A stretch of DNA of 63,996 nt, the filler included, from Dimargaris cristalligena (taxonomy: Eukaryota): the NCBI GenBank assembly GCA_003614675.1. It is 4 parts of 4 records of this genome, joined end to end, with 100 filler letters (N's around TTAATTAATTAA, not from the genome) between each part and the next. Parts side by side here need not be neighbours in the genome. Positions count along the whole stretch, not along the records: positions 49,673 to 63,996 come from ML002954.1; 3 more parts are not named here. One strand, given 5' to 3'. Position numbers and translations under genes: made by a program. This document shows positions 49,673 to 63,816 of this stretch, piece after piece. How positions within the stretch are numbered: the first letter of the stretch is position 1; each line of letters begins with the position of its first letter. A model generated the notes under the pieces. It was not told the DNA's origin, ran no database searches, and was given only the letters and a program-made list of their open reading frames with translations.

Positions 49673-52112
49673 GCCGAAGCGACTTCTTCCGTGCATCCCG
49701 GTCTCGATTCTCAACAATCTTGACAAAAGTATCGTAAAGCCGCACCGGGATCAGTCCATCAGGCAACTCTCTGAAGTAGAGTTTAAGGAAGCTGGAGATA
49801 TTGTTGACGTCGAAGGTCTGATCCAGGTGGTCAAACTCCGCCACTTTACCGGTAGTGTCGAGCTCCTCCTTGAGCTGCTTGACAATGGAATTCTGGCCCG
49901 AGAGTCGGTATATGCCCTCACTCTCCACGCCGTACTTTTCGATGAAGTTAGTGCAGGTTAGAACAATTCGGGGCACGGGTGCATTATCGCGACCGACCTG
50001 CCGTTCCAAGGTCAATAATGGGGGTTTGGATTGGGGGGATAAATACGACGACGCCGGATTGTTAACACTAGAGGCCGAGCGGGGACTGGCCAGGTGCATA
50101 GCGTGGAGGTTGGAGTTGAGGTGGGCCTGGGTGCTTGGCGAAAGAAGGCCCGCTGATGAGCCCACCAAGGACGAGGCGGCCAGGGTAAGCTGGTCGGTCG
50201 ATTTGGAACCAGCGAGGTCCTTCTGGCGAGCCATCCGCGCAAAATACTCGTTCATGTCTCCCTCGTTATCGATCGACTCGACAATGGGCATCAATCCCCG
50301 CGACCCGGCCTGGCTTTCAAGCGGCTTGACGATACTGGCGTCTGCAAAAATATTATTCTCAAAGGCACGGGAATATTTGGCCAGATGCAGAGATAGGCTA
50401 AGGTCGCCTTCTTCAGTGATACTCTTCAGGGCGGTGAGCATTGACGGCAGTAAGACCGTAAAGTAGTCGGTCCGGGCCGAATTGGTTGCTGACAGTTGCG
50501 ATTTATAGGCGTCATTCGAGTGTTCCACTTTATTACGAGCTTCCTTTTCGGCCTTCTCCAAATCGGCAACCGAGCTGTCCCGCCCCAGTATCATGGCGAC
50601 GGTATTGCTAACCGACTTTGACCGGTTCTTACGGGCGCCACTGTCATTGGCGGACTTCTTTTTTAGGATGACCTTTTCGAGGTCCTCGCTGCAGTGTTCG
50701 TACTTTTCCTTGAACTTATCGAGACTCTTTTCGGCCTCAGTCAGTGTTTTCTTCTGTTTACTTGCCGTTTCCTTGAGCTGGCGCCGTACCCGGTCCTTGT
50801 CGCGGAATTGGGCGTTCAGCTCATCGGCGATTTCGTTCAAGTGGTTGGAGAACCGGATATGGTTCAAGGCCACGGCCTCGTGGAGATTTATTATCTCGCA
50901 CCAAGCCGATCGGAAGGTGCCTTCGCGGACCTCCTCCTTGTGGAGGGACTTGCCCATATCTTGAGCCAGGCGCAGCATGTTCTGGCAGTAGGCCTCCTCG
51001 ATAAGAGCCCGCCGGCGCAGGAACGACATAACGTCCTTGGTCGAGTTTAGGGTTTGGCGGGTCCGGTCCATTAATAATGAGAGCCCGCCATCCATCTCCG
51101 AGAGCGATTCGATAAGATCGCGGTGAGACCGGGTTGGGTCCAGGTCAGCCATGGACGAGGTATCGGAGATATCCTGGGGAGGCTCATCCAGGGAAAAAGA
51201 GGTGGACTTGACGATTGGAGAAAGGCCGCCAGCCGGTGTAACCCGCGAAGGAGTGGGGCGGAACGGATTCCGGGGGTTATCCGAGGAATCGGGCAAGGCC
51301 GGGACCGCAAATTCGTGACTGGGGGTATGGTGGGTTAGATTCGGAGTCGTGGGGTGACTCCTGGTCCCAGTGCTTCCATCCGGCTTGCTATCCACCGAAT
51401 GGGTGCGCTGAGGAATGGTTGGTTCGAAGGGGGTAGACCCGCCCGCAGGGGGGTTTGCATTGCCATTCGCCTTGTAGCGGCGCTGGAACTCCAGGCTCCG
51501 GCTAAAGGACTGGGGCGGCGAGGTTTTGGCCGAGGCAAGTAGCCGGTCAGCCGGGTGCAGGGTGTGCGGGGACATGGGCTTGGGCGGAATGGTAGGGTGG
51601 CGGGGGGAATCCATGGATACAGCCCCCGAACGAGTGGGGGGAGGGTTCGAAGTCGCCGAAGAGGTATGCTTTCGACCAGGGGTTAGCTCTAGCGGCTCCT
51701 CGGATAAGTGAGATAGGGAGCCAAATGGATTGGGGTTCGGCAGGGGCGATGATAACGGGGATAAACGCGGCGGAGGGTTGGCCAGGCTGGCCTTGGGGCG
51801 GCCGTTGGAAGAAAAGTGAATAGTCGGTGGGAGTGGGGACGGAGGGTGCGCAGACGTCGGAGAGACCAGTCCAGCTGACGACTTTAACGAATTGCGGGAT
51901 CGGGAAGAGTTCAGGCGGTGGGGGTTAGGACGCAGGGGCTTCCCGATGGGACGTTCGGTGGTTGAGCTGGGAGAGTCTTCGGCCAGGGGTGAGTTGGGGT
52001 AGGTTTCCACGCCGGTGCGATTGGCAAGCTCAGAGTATAAGGCGGCCGAGAAATTATCGGAGGCAACGGAATGGCGGATGTCGATCCGGGGCAGATGGCT
52101 CTGGTCGGCCAT
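49673..52112 (-). CDS. RGD1: F-BAR + RhoGAP protein (Rgd1-like), 3'-truncated by contig end
   Basis: F-BAR: GGLSLLMDR..Q...S.KD...FLRRRALIEE.Y. RhoGAP: VPRIV..C..FIEKYGVESEGIYRLSG (arginine finger) and NISSFLKLYFRELPDGL. Long Ser/Pro-rich N-terminus. Confidence 0.85.
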
Positions 52113-54316
52113 CGCTCACTCGGAATTAAAAGCGGGCGACTGGGCGGATGGGTCGGCCGCGGCAGATTCCACAGATGAGGAAGAAGCGGTGTATGTGGAG
52201 GGGGAGATGGCCGGCAGTAGTATAGGGAGAGACGGGCGGGCGTTCACCAGCAGTTTGGCCGAATCGGAAGAAACCAAATGGTATATCACCAATAGGGAGG
52301 CGGCGAATGAGGGACGGGCCCTCGTCGATGGGTGGACAGGGGGGTTAAGAAGCGGAAAGCTCTCCCCGTGCAATATTTCGGTCGTGTAGTTGGTTCGAGG
52401 GGAGTGGGAAAAGCGTAACGTTACTGCGCGGACTAGGGTGCTACGGCCCTCTAGCGGGAATGGTCTGAAGAATAGGATGGTCACACAAGTCGACCCACGG
52501 GTGGCTGAGATGGCCAGTAACAATAGCAGGGAGAGGTAAGGGGTAATAGTGGGTCAAGAGTTTTTCTAGCCTGGTAATTGATGGGGCAAAGGGATGGAGG
52601 ACAGAGGGTAAACTACAAAAAGGATAGGGATAACTCCGCTCAAGAGGGACTCGCCAAATCGGCCAAAGAATGGCAGGGAGGCAGCCACCTGGGAAATTGC
52701 TTGAGTCCAAAGGTGCTTCTGTGAGCGAAAAACGTGGTAAAATAAAAAAGGTTATGTATAGATAAAAAAAGAAGAGGGCAACAAAGCTACTAAAAATTGG
52801 GTGTAGGGGTGTGAATAAAGAGTTCAACCAGTCTGCAAGCTGAGCAGAAAGAAATACAGCGCAGGTGTAGGTGTAAATACCAGAGAGAGAGTCAATAACG
52901 CAGGTTTGGGAGGAAAACAAGGAATGACCGCGACAAAAACTGGTTGGGATTGCCCGCAGTTCGAATAAGCCCAGGTTCCGCAGGTGGCGTGCGTGGTGTA
53001 TCGGTCAGTAAGGCACGTTGGCAACTGGGGGGGTCTCGAAGGAAACGGCAATAGGAAGAGGCGAGAACGTGGAAAGGGGATTAAGTGAATGAAAGGAAAC
53101 GAGAAGAAGCAACGCGAGAGAGAGAGAGAGAGAGAGAAAGAATATGCCGAAGATAAGAACGACGAAGTAGTCCGTGCTGGGCGAAACGCATATAACGAAG
53201 GTACGGCTGGCCGGACCTCGCTCGAAATGGGCTTAGGAAACCAGGGTAAGTGTATGCGCCTACAGAAGGAGAATATACCAAAGGAGAAGGAAACACGCTC
53301 TGGAGTCTCGTAAAACTAATTACATGAGGTAGCTGGATGGGCCAAGGAAATAGTCACACCACGACGAGCAACTTAACTGCTTGTGAGGCGGTTCCAATGG
53401 GGAATAGCTGCTTGGCCCATCTGAGACCCCCGAAGGACGCTGTTAAAACAAAACCCGCACTTTCGACTGAGAGGCCTTGGCCAAGAGGTATACTGCAAGA
53501 AATGCTTACGCACAGCCTATCCTATTTCCTCCATCAGAAACATTACAGTTACCAAGCTCTATCATCCGGGGCCTTCTAATTACCAGCCCCGTTCGACCGG
53601 CTGTAACGGTAAAGTGGCTATTGCTGGCGCACTAGGTTTCCAAAGGAGGATTCTACCAATTTACAACCCCGACCCTCTCTTTTAATCTCCTCCATCCCTT
53701 TGGGCCAAGGCCTCCGTGATTGGCGGTGGTGGGCTGCACCCACTCTTCCTCTCCCCCCTGTTGTTTACCCTTGGACACTACGGCCAGTGTGACTGGTAAG
53801 CCCAATTAGGCTCATTTTGTCGTTTAAAGATAGAAGGCCCCTTCATTGCAACCTAACCATGCCCTCCCTCCCTCAACCAACCATGCACAGACTGGTTGCC
53901 ACAGAAATACTATGCCCAACCGCGGGATTTTATGGGGATTACAGCTGTAGTTGTTCCGCCTAAGCCACCATCATTAAAACTGGGCATTGTTGCTTCCCGG
54001 ACAATCAGACGAGACATCCGATCTACGCTTACCAGAGCAAGATGGATGCCAGTCCCAAACTGGGACATAATCGGCCTAGGCCTAAAATCCGCCTCACTCG
54101 TCACCTCCCGTTATACTACCAGGCTGAAATTCAATGCCTACTAGACGCCCACCCCACACCTCCATAAACTTATCCGTAAGATGGCTGGTACGCCATATTT
54201 GTTTAATCAAGTATACCAATAAAGCGGGCTAAATAGAAGGGAGACAGATACTTAAAGGTAAAAAAGGAGGGAGGGATACTCCTTCCTTCGTCCCCTGAGC
54301 CTGGCCCGACAGGGAA

Positions 54317-55999
54317 TCACTGATGAGACCCGCGGGCTGCTGCGCCCTGATTGGCAGCAGGTTGGGCTTGGCCCTCGCTGCTACCCTCCTCGGGGGCACC
54401 ACCACCACCCATAAGGGACATTATCAACAATGGCACAATAATGTACCAGTATTTGGCGATAAAACTCCGGTTATCCTCCTCCTTGGGCTGGTCGCCCTTG
54501 CCGTCCACCGCCATTCGGCGGTAGAGATGAGGTCTACGGTCCATTGTTATACAGCAATAAGGCCGAATATATATATATTAAAAATTGGTTTCGGAAAAAG
54601 TGATGTGATGGTAAGGGGACAAATTGTTGAGTGGCCACACATCTTGTTTCGGGTTTTCATTTGGATAGATGCGATGCGGAGTTTAATATAAAGTGGCCAT
54701 CGCTTATTTTTCTGCAAATCGGTCAATCAACCTAAATATAACTTACGTTGGTCCAGGGGTAGGCCGAATCACTGCCACCGTTGAGCTATACTCGACTTCG
54801 GACGGGTCGACCAACGCCTATTTAGAGTAGATGGTGAGTTGGTTTTAAATCAATATGCTATAGTTAGATACTCGAGTCTTCCATTTTAACATCATGTGTC
54901 ACTCACTCGAGTCAGATGACATATCCCATCGATGGACCAGGCCAGCGTAGACATTTACCAAGCCGATTATCGTTAGCGGTGTGGTCCGTTTGCTGCTATT
55001 TTCTCACTTACGCTAGGTGCTGAGCCGGTGGGACAGCTGATCGTTGGGTTCCCAGCGTAATGTTCCATATGCAACATGTTATCTAATAAATCCAGAAGAA
55101 TGTATACACCGATGAGTGGGAGTGTACGCACACATATGCAGAGACAATTAAGAACCGTGGTGACTCTCAGATTATAATGGATACCTGGTCCATCCCAAAT
55201 AAGGCTTCACTAAAATAATCGACACGGTAACTTTGGCATGGAGGGCAAATTTCATAACAAAAACGTACTTTGATCATCCAAATGTAAAACAAATTGGGCA
55301 TTGTTCGTGGTCTCGGCGGATAGGAAGCAAGCCTTGTTCAGTGCAATTTGGACCCTATTGAAGCTTCCCTTGGGCGAGGAAGAGGGGCCCGACGACTGAT
55401 CCACCAAGGCAACAGCGTAGGTCCGGGGGTCCACTACGCCCTCCGGGGCGGAGCCCTTTGCCCCGTCCGACGACAGCCAGCCCCGCTGCTTCAGCAGTCC
55501 ATTTAGCACCAGTTGGTCATTCATGGGGGCTTCCGCTTTGGTAGCGGGATCGAAAACGGGTGGGAGGGCGGAATCGGCAGGTAACTGAATCTCGCCGCGT
55601 TTATACCATTGTACACTGGACCCCAACGGCTGGGTAAAGTAAACCGCGAACTGACGCATCTATTGCTCCCACGGGGAAGAAAAAACCACCCCATACCCCC
55701 AGTTAAAAGGACAGGTCGAAAGCAATGGAAGAGGGTGGAGAGGCATGGGTCATTCGTTAGTCATCGTCAACCTGTACCTACAAAGAAAGGGGGAGACATG
55801 AATTCAGCTGGGCCCTGCTCATTCATGGGAATGCGTTGAGGAGAAGAGGCGGTCAAATTCGCCTTCACCATCCATTTCGAAGTAAAGAACCTGCGCGTAC
55901 CTGGCCCCCAGTGGATGACGATGGCTTTTGAACTTGGGCCCCGGTAACGAAGCCAGTCAAGGCGAGAAGCGCGAATGGCGCCCAGGTTGAGGCTATCAT
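54317..55999 (-). CDS. EMC10: ER membrane protein complex subunit 10-like, about 282 aa; join(55999..55901,55659..55269,55082..55012,54817..54747,54533..54317)
   Basis: Signal peptide MIASTWAPFALLALTGFVTGA, W.KRGEI, KAC, LHLD...H.EHY, C-terminal SFIAKYWYIIVPLLIMSLMGGG. Five exons splice in frame. Confidence 0.8.
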
Positions 56000-56108
56000 T
56001 GTTCAAGTAATCAAGGACGGTGGTGTCAAAACGAATAAGCGAATAACAAAACAATTGCGACTGTGGAATTACAATGAATAAAGGGTATGAGCACGGAATG
56101 AAGGATGC

Positions 56109-56223
56109 GGAAATGGTTTCAATCAGGCTGTATAACTACAAGTCCGCTGGATGGGATAAATCTTACTTAGCCAAATAATAATACCCCACCTATTCCATCA
56201 TACAGCTGGTTTGAATTTCATCC
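56109..56223 (-). mobile_element. Degenerate, internally deleted copy of the 136-bp MITE upstream of EMC10
   Basis: TTCAATCAGGCTGTATAACTACAAGTCCGCTGGATG...ATACAGCTGGTTTGAATTTCATCC aligns with both ends of the 35407-35542 copy. Confidence 0.65.
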
Positions 56224-57825
56224 ACATGAAAGTGGTGGTCTTTGATGAAAACAAGGCAGGTGAAACCTGCCCACATATACAACACCCCTCATCCATATGG
56301 CAAGGGTGAGAGGGCTACCCTGGTACGGATATATTCATTGCTGGACGGGGAAGGGTCATTGATGGGGGGCATCAAACCAATAGCACCCTTTTTCACGCCC
56401 ATTGGACTTCGGACTTTATTATTTCTTACATAGATATTGTATATAAATTATCTTTCGACAAAGGCTTGCAATCAGGCGACCGGTTCAAACTATTATGTAT
56501 ATATGATAATGTCAGTGGCGAACGGATAGTGTAAGGGTTGTTGACGAAGTCCTTTGTTTGTTTCGATGAAAATTATTTAATTGACTAGAAACGGTAACAC
56601 TTGCCTCGAAAATACCGGATTGAATTATATGTGCTAGTCATGGAGGTATTTTTGGACATTTTTAGATTGGCTGTACACTTGATTGATCTCTCTATAATGC
56701 GGAACAATAACTGCAAGTACTCTACGTATCGACTGGCCGACCGGTCGGCGTTATCTTTGCAACTTTTTGATATGATTAGGTTAGCCATATATATAACACG
56801 CTTATAGTTATTTTACCACCTCGTTGTTTACCCAGTCTTCCTTAAAAACCCGAATATGATGGACACGGTCATTAGCATGTATGTAACTATAGTCATTTTA
56901 GCTGATGGCTCCATTTTCCGCTGAATGTTACCCAATTGAGTTGATGGAAAATTGCTCGGCGATGAGGCTGAATTCACCGGTTAAAAATAGTTTTAACTAC
57001 TCCACTGTCCATACTTTATTCCGAGCTATGCAGATGGCTGAATTTTGCACAGGTCCAAAAATATGGGTCTGGCGCACACCGCACCACTACCAGCCGAATA
57101 CTCTGTTTCCATTATAGTAAAATTACGCCTCCTTGACTGCTAGCTGGGGTCAGTTTATTATCATAAAGGGGTATTGTATATATTTCTTAGGCATTTTGTA
57201 GCAATACTTGGTATGATGGGCTCATCAGAATAAAGCCGATTGACCTCTCTAGTTAATTATCTATAAGTACGCATTTGTAATGAAAACAGAGGCGTTGTTT
57301 TATTTTTGTTGCCTTCCATAGAGACGGTTGGGTCGGGTTAAATTTCATTAAGGGGTAGTTAATCTCAAAAACACCATTGGACCGATAGAAATCGAGACTT
57401 CAACGGCGAAACTATTTGGCTAAAAACACGCGGAGAGTGGGTAGTGCGGGGTGACGTGGAGAAGATTATATGTAAAAGTGAGGAGAGGTGAAGAGAAATA
57501 TAATCATGAATTAAGAAGGGCGAAAGCGAGTTATGGTTTAACACATAAATAAAATTGGCCAGCGCTGCACCGACTAAGAGAGTATAGTGAGTGAAAATGA
57601 TTACGAATGACCAACAACACCATTCGCGTAGGTGGCCTGTGATAAAATTATGTACGTATTCCTCGCCCATGAAGTAGTGAGAGGGGGGGCAGAGAAGATC
57701 GGTTGCAATGTGATGGGAGTTAAAAAGAGGTACCGAGAAAAATGTTAGAGAGAGAGAGAGGAAAAGACCGGAGTAATATGAATATTTTATTCACATAGGG
57801 GAACTATCATGTGGCAGCGGTTTCA

Positions 57826-60404
57826 TTAATGGTAAAACATTTGGCGGTAGCGCCGGGAAAGAGGGGTAAATTTGGGCAGTTTCCGTTCTTCGATGGGCAA
57901 GGCGATGTTGGTACTGGCTTGGAGTGAGTCAATCCACCCGATCATTTCCATCGAAGTCTGGGCTTGGAGTAGAAACTGAAATCCATCAGCGTGAACCCGG
58001 AAAACGTGCTTTTTCTTGCGGTAGTCCAGGGCCAGGCCGGCTTTGACATTTTGCATGCCAATATTATAGATTGGCTCCGTGTCCTGTAGGGGGCGGAAAT
58101 ATTTGAATATAGATAGGGACACCGCAGGTAAGTAGGGGCCTATGTATGCAATTAAATATATATGTGTATATACTTAAAGATATTGGTAGATGTGCTGGCG
58201 GCAATGCATTAGGCTGGGGAAATGTTGAACTGGTAGTCTGAATTGTTAACTTACCTCTGGGTTCTTGGACTTCTTGTTATAGATGCGAAGACAGGTACCC
58301 CACAGCTGGAAGTACCGCTGCCTGTGTGAGCAAGGAAGGCCGGGTCGGTGATTCATTTGGGAAAGAGTGCCACAGGATAACAATATAGGTAAATGGTGCA
58401 AGTGATTAGTAAGATTACTGAAACCTAGCGTGGATGACTGGATTGGGGGGGAATTATTGATACGCGGGGCCTTGGGACATCCATCACTCATAGAAGTATT
58501 CTATTAACTCTATGGAGATTTGTCAGCCAGAGAAAAAGAGCACAAGACCAGGACGCCAAGATGGGAGCCGAAAAGGAAATATTGGCCGTAGTATCCCCCC
58601 CCCTTTCCTCCCCTCAAGCAAGGTGGTGGTGTGGTACGAAAATTTGGGTCAAAACCCAGTGTTTGGTATACGTGGAATTGGCGGGGAATGGAATGGGCTG
58701 CCCACAAGGTCTTACGCGATGAGTGCCATCTGTAATTTACCCCTTACCTAGCGTAACCAACCCCTTCCCTCTCTCCACACTTTCGTGTTTTACCTGGCCC
58801 TGGGAGACTCGGCATTTGTACGGAAGGGGCGCATGATCCACCACTGCACCAGGCCTCACTTGAGGAGTCCCCCCATCCCTGGATATAACATGACGCCGAT
58901 TTTCAGCTCATATCAAATCCAAAGCGGAACCCATAACAGCATACCACTCATATCCCTGAAGAAACCTTTCACGGGATACGGCAGCAGGGCTTATTATGGA
59001 CAAGGAAGAAACTTAGCCAGTTTTCCCAGGGCCAGCTGAACCTGCAATATTAGGCAGAGCCCCATCCTCCCTTCCCCCATAATCGGGGCACATTGGAGAG
59101 AGAGAGAGAGAGAGAGAAAATCATTTAAAGGGCTGCACACATATTAAATCCACAAATTAAATAAACTCCGATTATACTTACTTCCACACCCGGTGTTTGG
59201 CTCGCGTATCAAAATCATCGAACTCGACCTTCATCCAGAGCGTGCCCTCCTTCTGGATAGTACACACGTAGGGTGGTAGGGAGGATTCTCCGCTCGAGGC
59301 GACACTCTGCTGCGAGGCGCCGGTGTTTTGCCGCCGGTAGGAGGGGGGATCATACAGGGGGTAGTCCGGAAACACACTCATGGAATGGCGGAATGGCCGG
59401 GTTTCCCCGCCATCATCATTAACTACTACCCCTCCTCTGACATTGTTATCGACCGGATGAGCGGGTGGGGAGGGACGATTGAAAGCCCGGAGGCTTGGGG
59501 TGCCGCCGCTGTTGGGGGGATGAAGCGGTGACTGGTGATAAGGAGCGGCAGATGATGGCCCGGGTAATGGACTAGGCCATGGGACGCCAGGCCGGCGGGA
59601 GGGTGAAGAGCCCGAGGGAATACGGGAGCCCCCTCCTTCTTGCCCCGGAGGAAGGGCTAGGTTGTCTGCGGCGTGCCAGGTCGTTGGCCGGCCCGCATTC
59701 CAGCCCGGCCGTCCTGGTCCCTGTGGCCGTGGGATAGGTTGCTGGGACTGATTAGTGGGTGGCTGGTAGCCGTTGCCCTGGCGGGGTAGAAGTCGGTAGA
59801 GAGGCTGGTCATCCTCGTCGACTCGACGGCTGTTGCTATGGGGGTGACCTTCGGTAGCCGGCTGGAACGAGTCTGCGGAGGACATGGGCGACGCGGTTGA
59901 ATAGCCATCGGACAAATGGTACTCAGTGCGACTCTCTACTTCATCATCACCGTCCTCGTCGTCGTCACCATTACCATTAGTATGAACATCACCACGACAG
60001 TCACCCTCGCCGTCGATATCCCCATCGCCGTATAGGGTAAGGGTGGGGGATAGAAGGTGGCCTTCACTATCATAGCAGGCACTGTAGCTAGCATGTGGAC
60101 CCCCTGCGGCGCCCTGCGTAGTCGCTGTCCCAGCTGATTGGACGGGTGTACGGGTATTGATGGTTAAATTTGGGGGGATGCGGCCGCGGCTCATGGGTTG
60201 TTTGAAGTGGATAAGTGGGAGGGAGTCGGAAGAATCCTCCGCTTTGCGGGAGGTGGGGTGGACAGTGGCAGGCGAGGGGCCGGTAGCGAACGGGTTGCAT
60301 GAACGGAAAGAGCTCGGTAGTCCGCCAGACGGGTGATGGGAGTGGGTGGAATCGGACATAGCTGTCGACGGTAGACTAACCAAGGGACTGGCAGCCGTGG
60401 ACAT
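57826..60404 (-). CDS. PH-domain protein with PY motifs (yeast YHR131C/YNL144C-like), about 515 aa; join(60404..59182,58321..58255,58083..57826)
   Basis: Disordered N-terminus with PPSY and LPPY, then a PH domain: EGTLWMKVE...RVWK|QRYFQLWGTCLRIY...GLALDYRKKKHVFRVHADGFQFLLQA....MIGWIDSLQASTNIALPIEER. Confidence 0.8.
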
Positions 60405-63400
60405 GGAGGGGGGAGAGTGTGTGGGGGGGGGTGTATATTAAGTCTCGGGTCGGTATCGGTGAGGAATGGTACAGAGGTGAATGCAACGGTAAATAAAAGG
60501 TTGGGAAATGGCAGTGCCCCCAGGGGTATGTAGGGACATACGAAAATCGGATAACCCAAAAATAAAATAGCACTGAAGCTAAAACGAGGTAACCGTAGTT
60601 AAATTTGGTCTTGACGGGAATAGACGCGGCACGGAATAGAGTAGGTTATAAATAGAGTCGCTGACTGATTGAGGAGAGGAGCGATAATATTAGGTAGGAG
60701 AGGTATCCTCTAAAAGCTAACGCCAAAGTAGGGCCACATATATCATACCAATGACGTACCAATCGGTCAATCAAGGGTAATAAGTAGTAGTGATGGACTA
60801 ATAATAGAGACGAATGTTACTAGCACTTGTGTAATATGGGGTGGTACGGAACAGTCTCGGAGGGATACTCCTTGGCCTTGTTGAAAGAGTGGAAGTAGCA
60901 GATGCACGGTGTCTTTCCTTTCCTTAGATAAGAGGGGGGATACAATAGATTCCAAGGATGACAAGAAGTTGAGGAGGGTCCAAACTAGAGGAACGAATGA
61001 TTTCTGAAATACCAAAATAGAAGTGAGAAAAGAGCAGAACAGAAGTCGATTCACTAGACATAATAATAGAGGAGAAATAAGGTAGATTAATTAGGCAAAG
61101 AGATGTAGAACTGGAAGCCTTGATGAGCCAACACAACTCTATTGGACTAGTAGGGCGCAGTTAGGCGGACGATAGGGACAGCCTTTTATATCCACCCCTC
61201 TCTCCTACCCGCCCCACATTGACTTGCGTGAACCACTCTCTCTCACCTTTGATTTACAAACGAGAGATACTTACTTCCTTTGTATTGGCAGTATGCGACT
61301 GTTGTTCCCTCCCTGCTTTTACATTTATCCTTTCCCCCTTTTATGGGTTATACTTCCCCTCCCTCTTATTTTATGGGTATGAAGGGGAGACGAGGCGGGC
61401 AGCTTGTTCCATCTAGCCAGGTCACTTCGCCCTACCTACTCCACCTACTCATACAACTAACTGTACAAACTATAGTTGGTTGTGGTGCGCATTGCCTGCT
61501 AGGAAGGAGAATAGATAACGTGGACCACAAGAAGAAAGAGGTACGTGTGTATCTTGTTGTTAAAGGAAGAAATGGCGGAGAAAGAGTATGGGGCGCCGTA
61601 GAGCCAATGGAAGGCCTACAAGCCGCTGTGCCAGTGTCTCACACGTCATTGCTTTTACCAAAGGATTGGCACGTTGGGTGGGCTGGGCCAGGGGAAGAGG
61701 CCGAGTAAATGGATGACAAGGGAACTCGCCCACATTCCGTGGACCTTGGCTCTCTTCAAAATAATCTAATTGATGGATACTATAGGCTTATAGAGAGGAT
61801 GTCCCCCTCTTGAACTGCCGACATTACGACTATACTTCTCTGCACTTGGGTTGCTATTTGTCGTAGTATTATTATTATTATTATTTTACTATTCTTTTTC
61901 GGAAAAGGCGGACCTCTCTCCCTTTTGCCCCTTAGGCAAGCGGCGCCCTGGCGGCGAGAGTGGTGAATTTTAGCAAACACACTGGTGGAATACCTCCTAT
62001 TTTGCTATACCAGCCGGTTATGCTTAGTCAGGTGACACTGCTGACGCGCCGTATAAATTAAAAGTTAGTGTGTGTTATGATGGATCCCCCCCTCCTCTGT
62101 CCCCAGCAGCAGCAGGGCCTTTGGTAAATGATGCACGCACTCCTCGGGATAGGGTGGAAAAAGGAGTGGGGGAATTGGGAATAGCGGCAGAATATCCTTT
62201 AAAAGTGTAAGCCAAGGCATTGGTTGAAACTTCGCTGCACCAGCTGACCATATTCCGGGATGTACGGGTATTGGTGGGTAGGGGGGCTTTTCTAACCGAA
62301 GCTTCCTTTAAATGGCCTCCTAGTTGGTTAAATAAAAATGGGATATCGTCGCTATCGGGGGAACCTCTCCCAGACCTTGTCTTGCTCGGGTATGTTGACT
62401 CCGAATACATACTCTCCCCCTTTGTCCGAGGGAAGGGTTGGTGCGGTGCCAAGGGAAATGTGGCCAAGCAATGGCCCACTGATTCCAACTTTTTTACCAC
62501 GCGACTCACCAGCGGCTCTCACCAACAGCCGCCAAATTCAAATTTACCTTGAGAGGTAACGGAGATGATTTGAATATATTACGCGCATCGCCGGTATACA
62601 ATTCATCATCGGCAAGGCAGGGTGGGGGACCATACATACAAAAGAAACATTGGAGGTCCGTCGTATAATCTATTACCCCTCTTCCACCATCTCTCCCTCC
62701 ATTGCCAAGCCGCTGTTTCACTTGGTCGCTGACGTTGCTGTGTGGGTCGCCAGATAAGATTCTGGCATAAACAAACCCCTCGCGAATGCCGGTGGAGCCT
62801 TTGGACTAGTACGAAAATTGACCATTCTGATCGCTGTATTATTGACCGTGGTCGTTTTTTTCTATAGGGTGGCGGCAGTGTACATCAATGGCCCTGGGAT
62901 CGGCTTATAAACAATCGAGAATATCGATTATCGCTCATAGTAGCCGACCATTACGAAGTCGGTATTGCCTAATCAGTTTTACGTCAGCACGGCAAATCCT
63001 GCCTTGGCTACTCCCACCATTTATATTTGCACTGCAATTGCAGGGTTTCCCTTTTATTTGGCCAACATGATTTTGGACTCCGCAAGTTGGACGATAATAG
63101 GTAGAAAATGCCAGGAAATAATGGGGGGGAGGAACGCTGATGGTTGACTGGCCCACACTACCCTCTTCTCCATTTAGTTCCCGAATATTGGGTTTTTCGC
63201 AAGTCCACGCTTGCAGCGTTCCTTGCTCAAGTTTAACGGGCTTGAACTACTCAAAGACCGTTGCGGATAATATGTCCTAATCAAAAAAAGGGGGTACCGT
63301 ATGGCTTATTACCCCTGCTGCCAAACGTGCCTTTTTTTCCCATTGACCCCAGCCATTATTCCGGTCAGTGATGCCGCACCTCCACATGCCTCAAGGATTG

Positions 63401-63793
63401 CAGCACACCTGGTGGATACTGGCGGCCATGGCCTTTGTACCAACTCCCAACGCACTGTAACCTACTTACTTTCCTTAATAGAGAAGGTCCCGTCTAGACC
63501 AAGGGTCATTCATTATACATGGCTATAAATCAAAGAGTGGTGGGTCCGAAAACCTTACACCATGTCCCCCCACAAATAAAAAGAAAAGTCAAGGTACAAA
63601 TGAAACAAAAACGCTAATCGATCCATGAGATTCGTATTGGGATCGAATGGTGCCAATGTAAACTAAGTAGTGGCTTAATCGATTTTGATTCGAAAGATCT
63701 TGAGATGGCGAAGGTCGCGTACAGGAGAGCCTCCCAAGATGGATTGACGTATGGGAAAGAACCGCCCTAACTGCTATTTAAATGTAAATGAAC

Positions 63794-63816
63794 TTAAATT
63801 AAATTAAATTAAATTT
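63794..63816. repeat. (TTAAA)n short tandem repeat
   Basis: ttaaattaaattaaattaaattt, about 4.5 units. Confidence 0.7.

Noticed and set aside
19900-52112. Apparent cell-polarity cluster (AFI1/MesA, SPA2, RGD1)
   Set aside because: The three genes are on different contigs joined by artificial linkers.
33435-52389. Long antisense/overlapping ORFs inside SPA2, PTC5, Myb and RGD1
   Set aside because: Shadow ORFs expected from GC-rich codon usage on the opposite strand or in alternative frames.
24209-60404. Co-occurrence of ubiquitin-ligase adaptors (BSD2 and the PH/PY protein)
   Set aside because: Different contigs, and both are ordinary conserved fungal genes.
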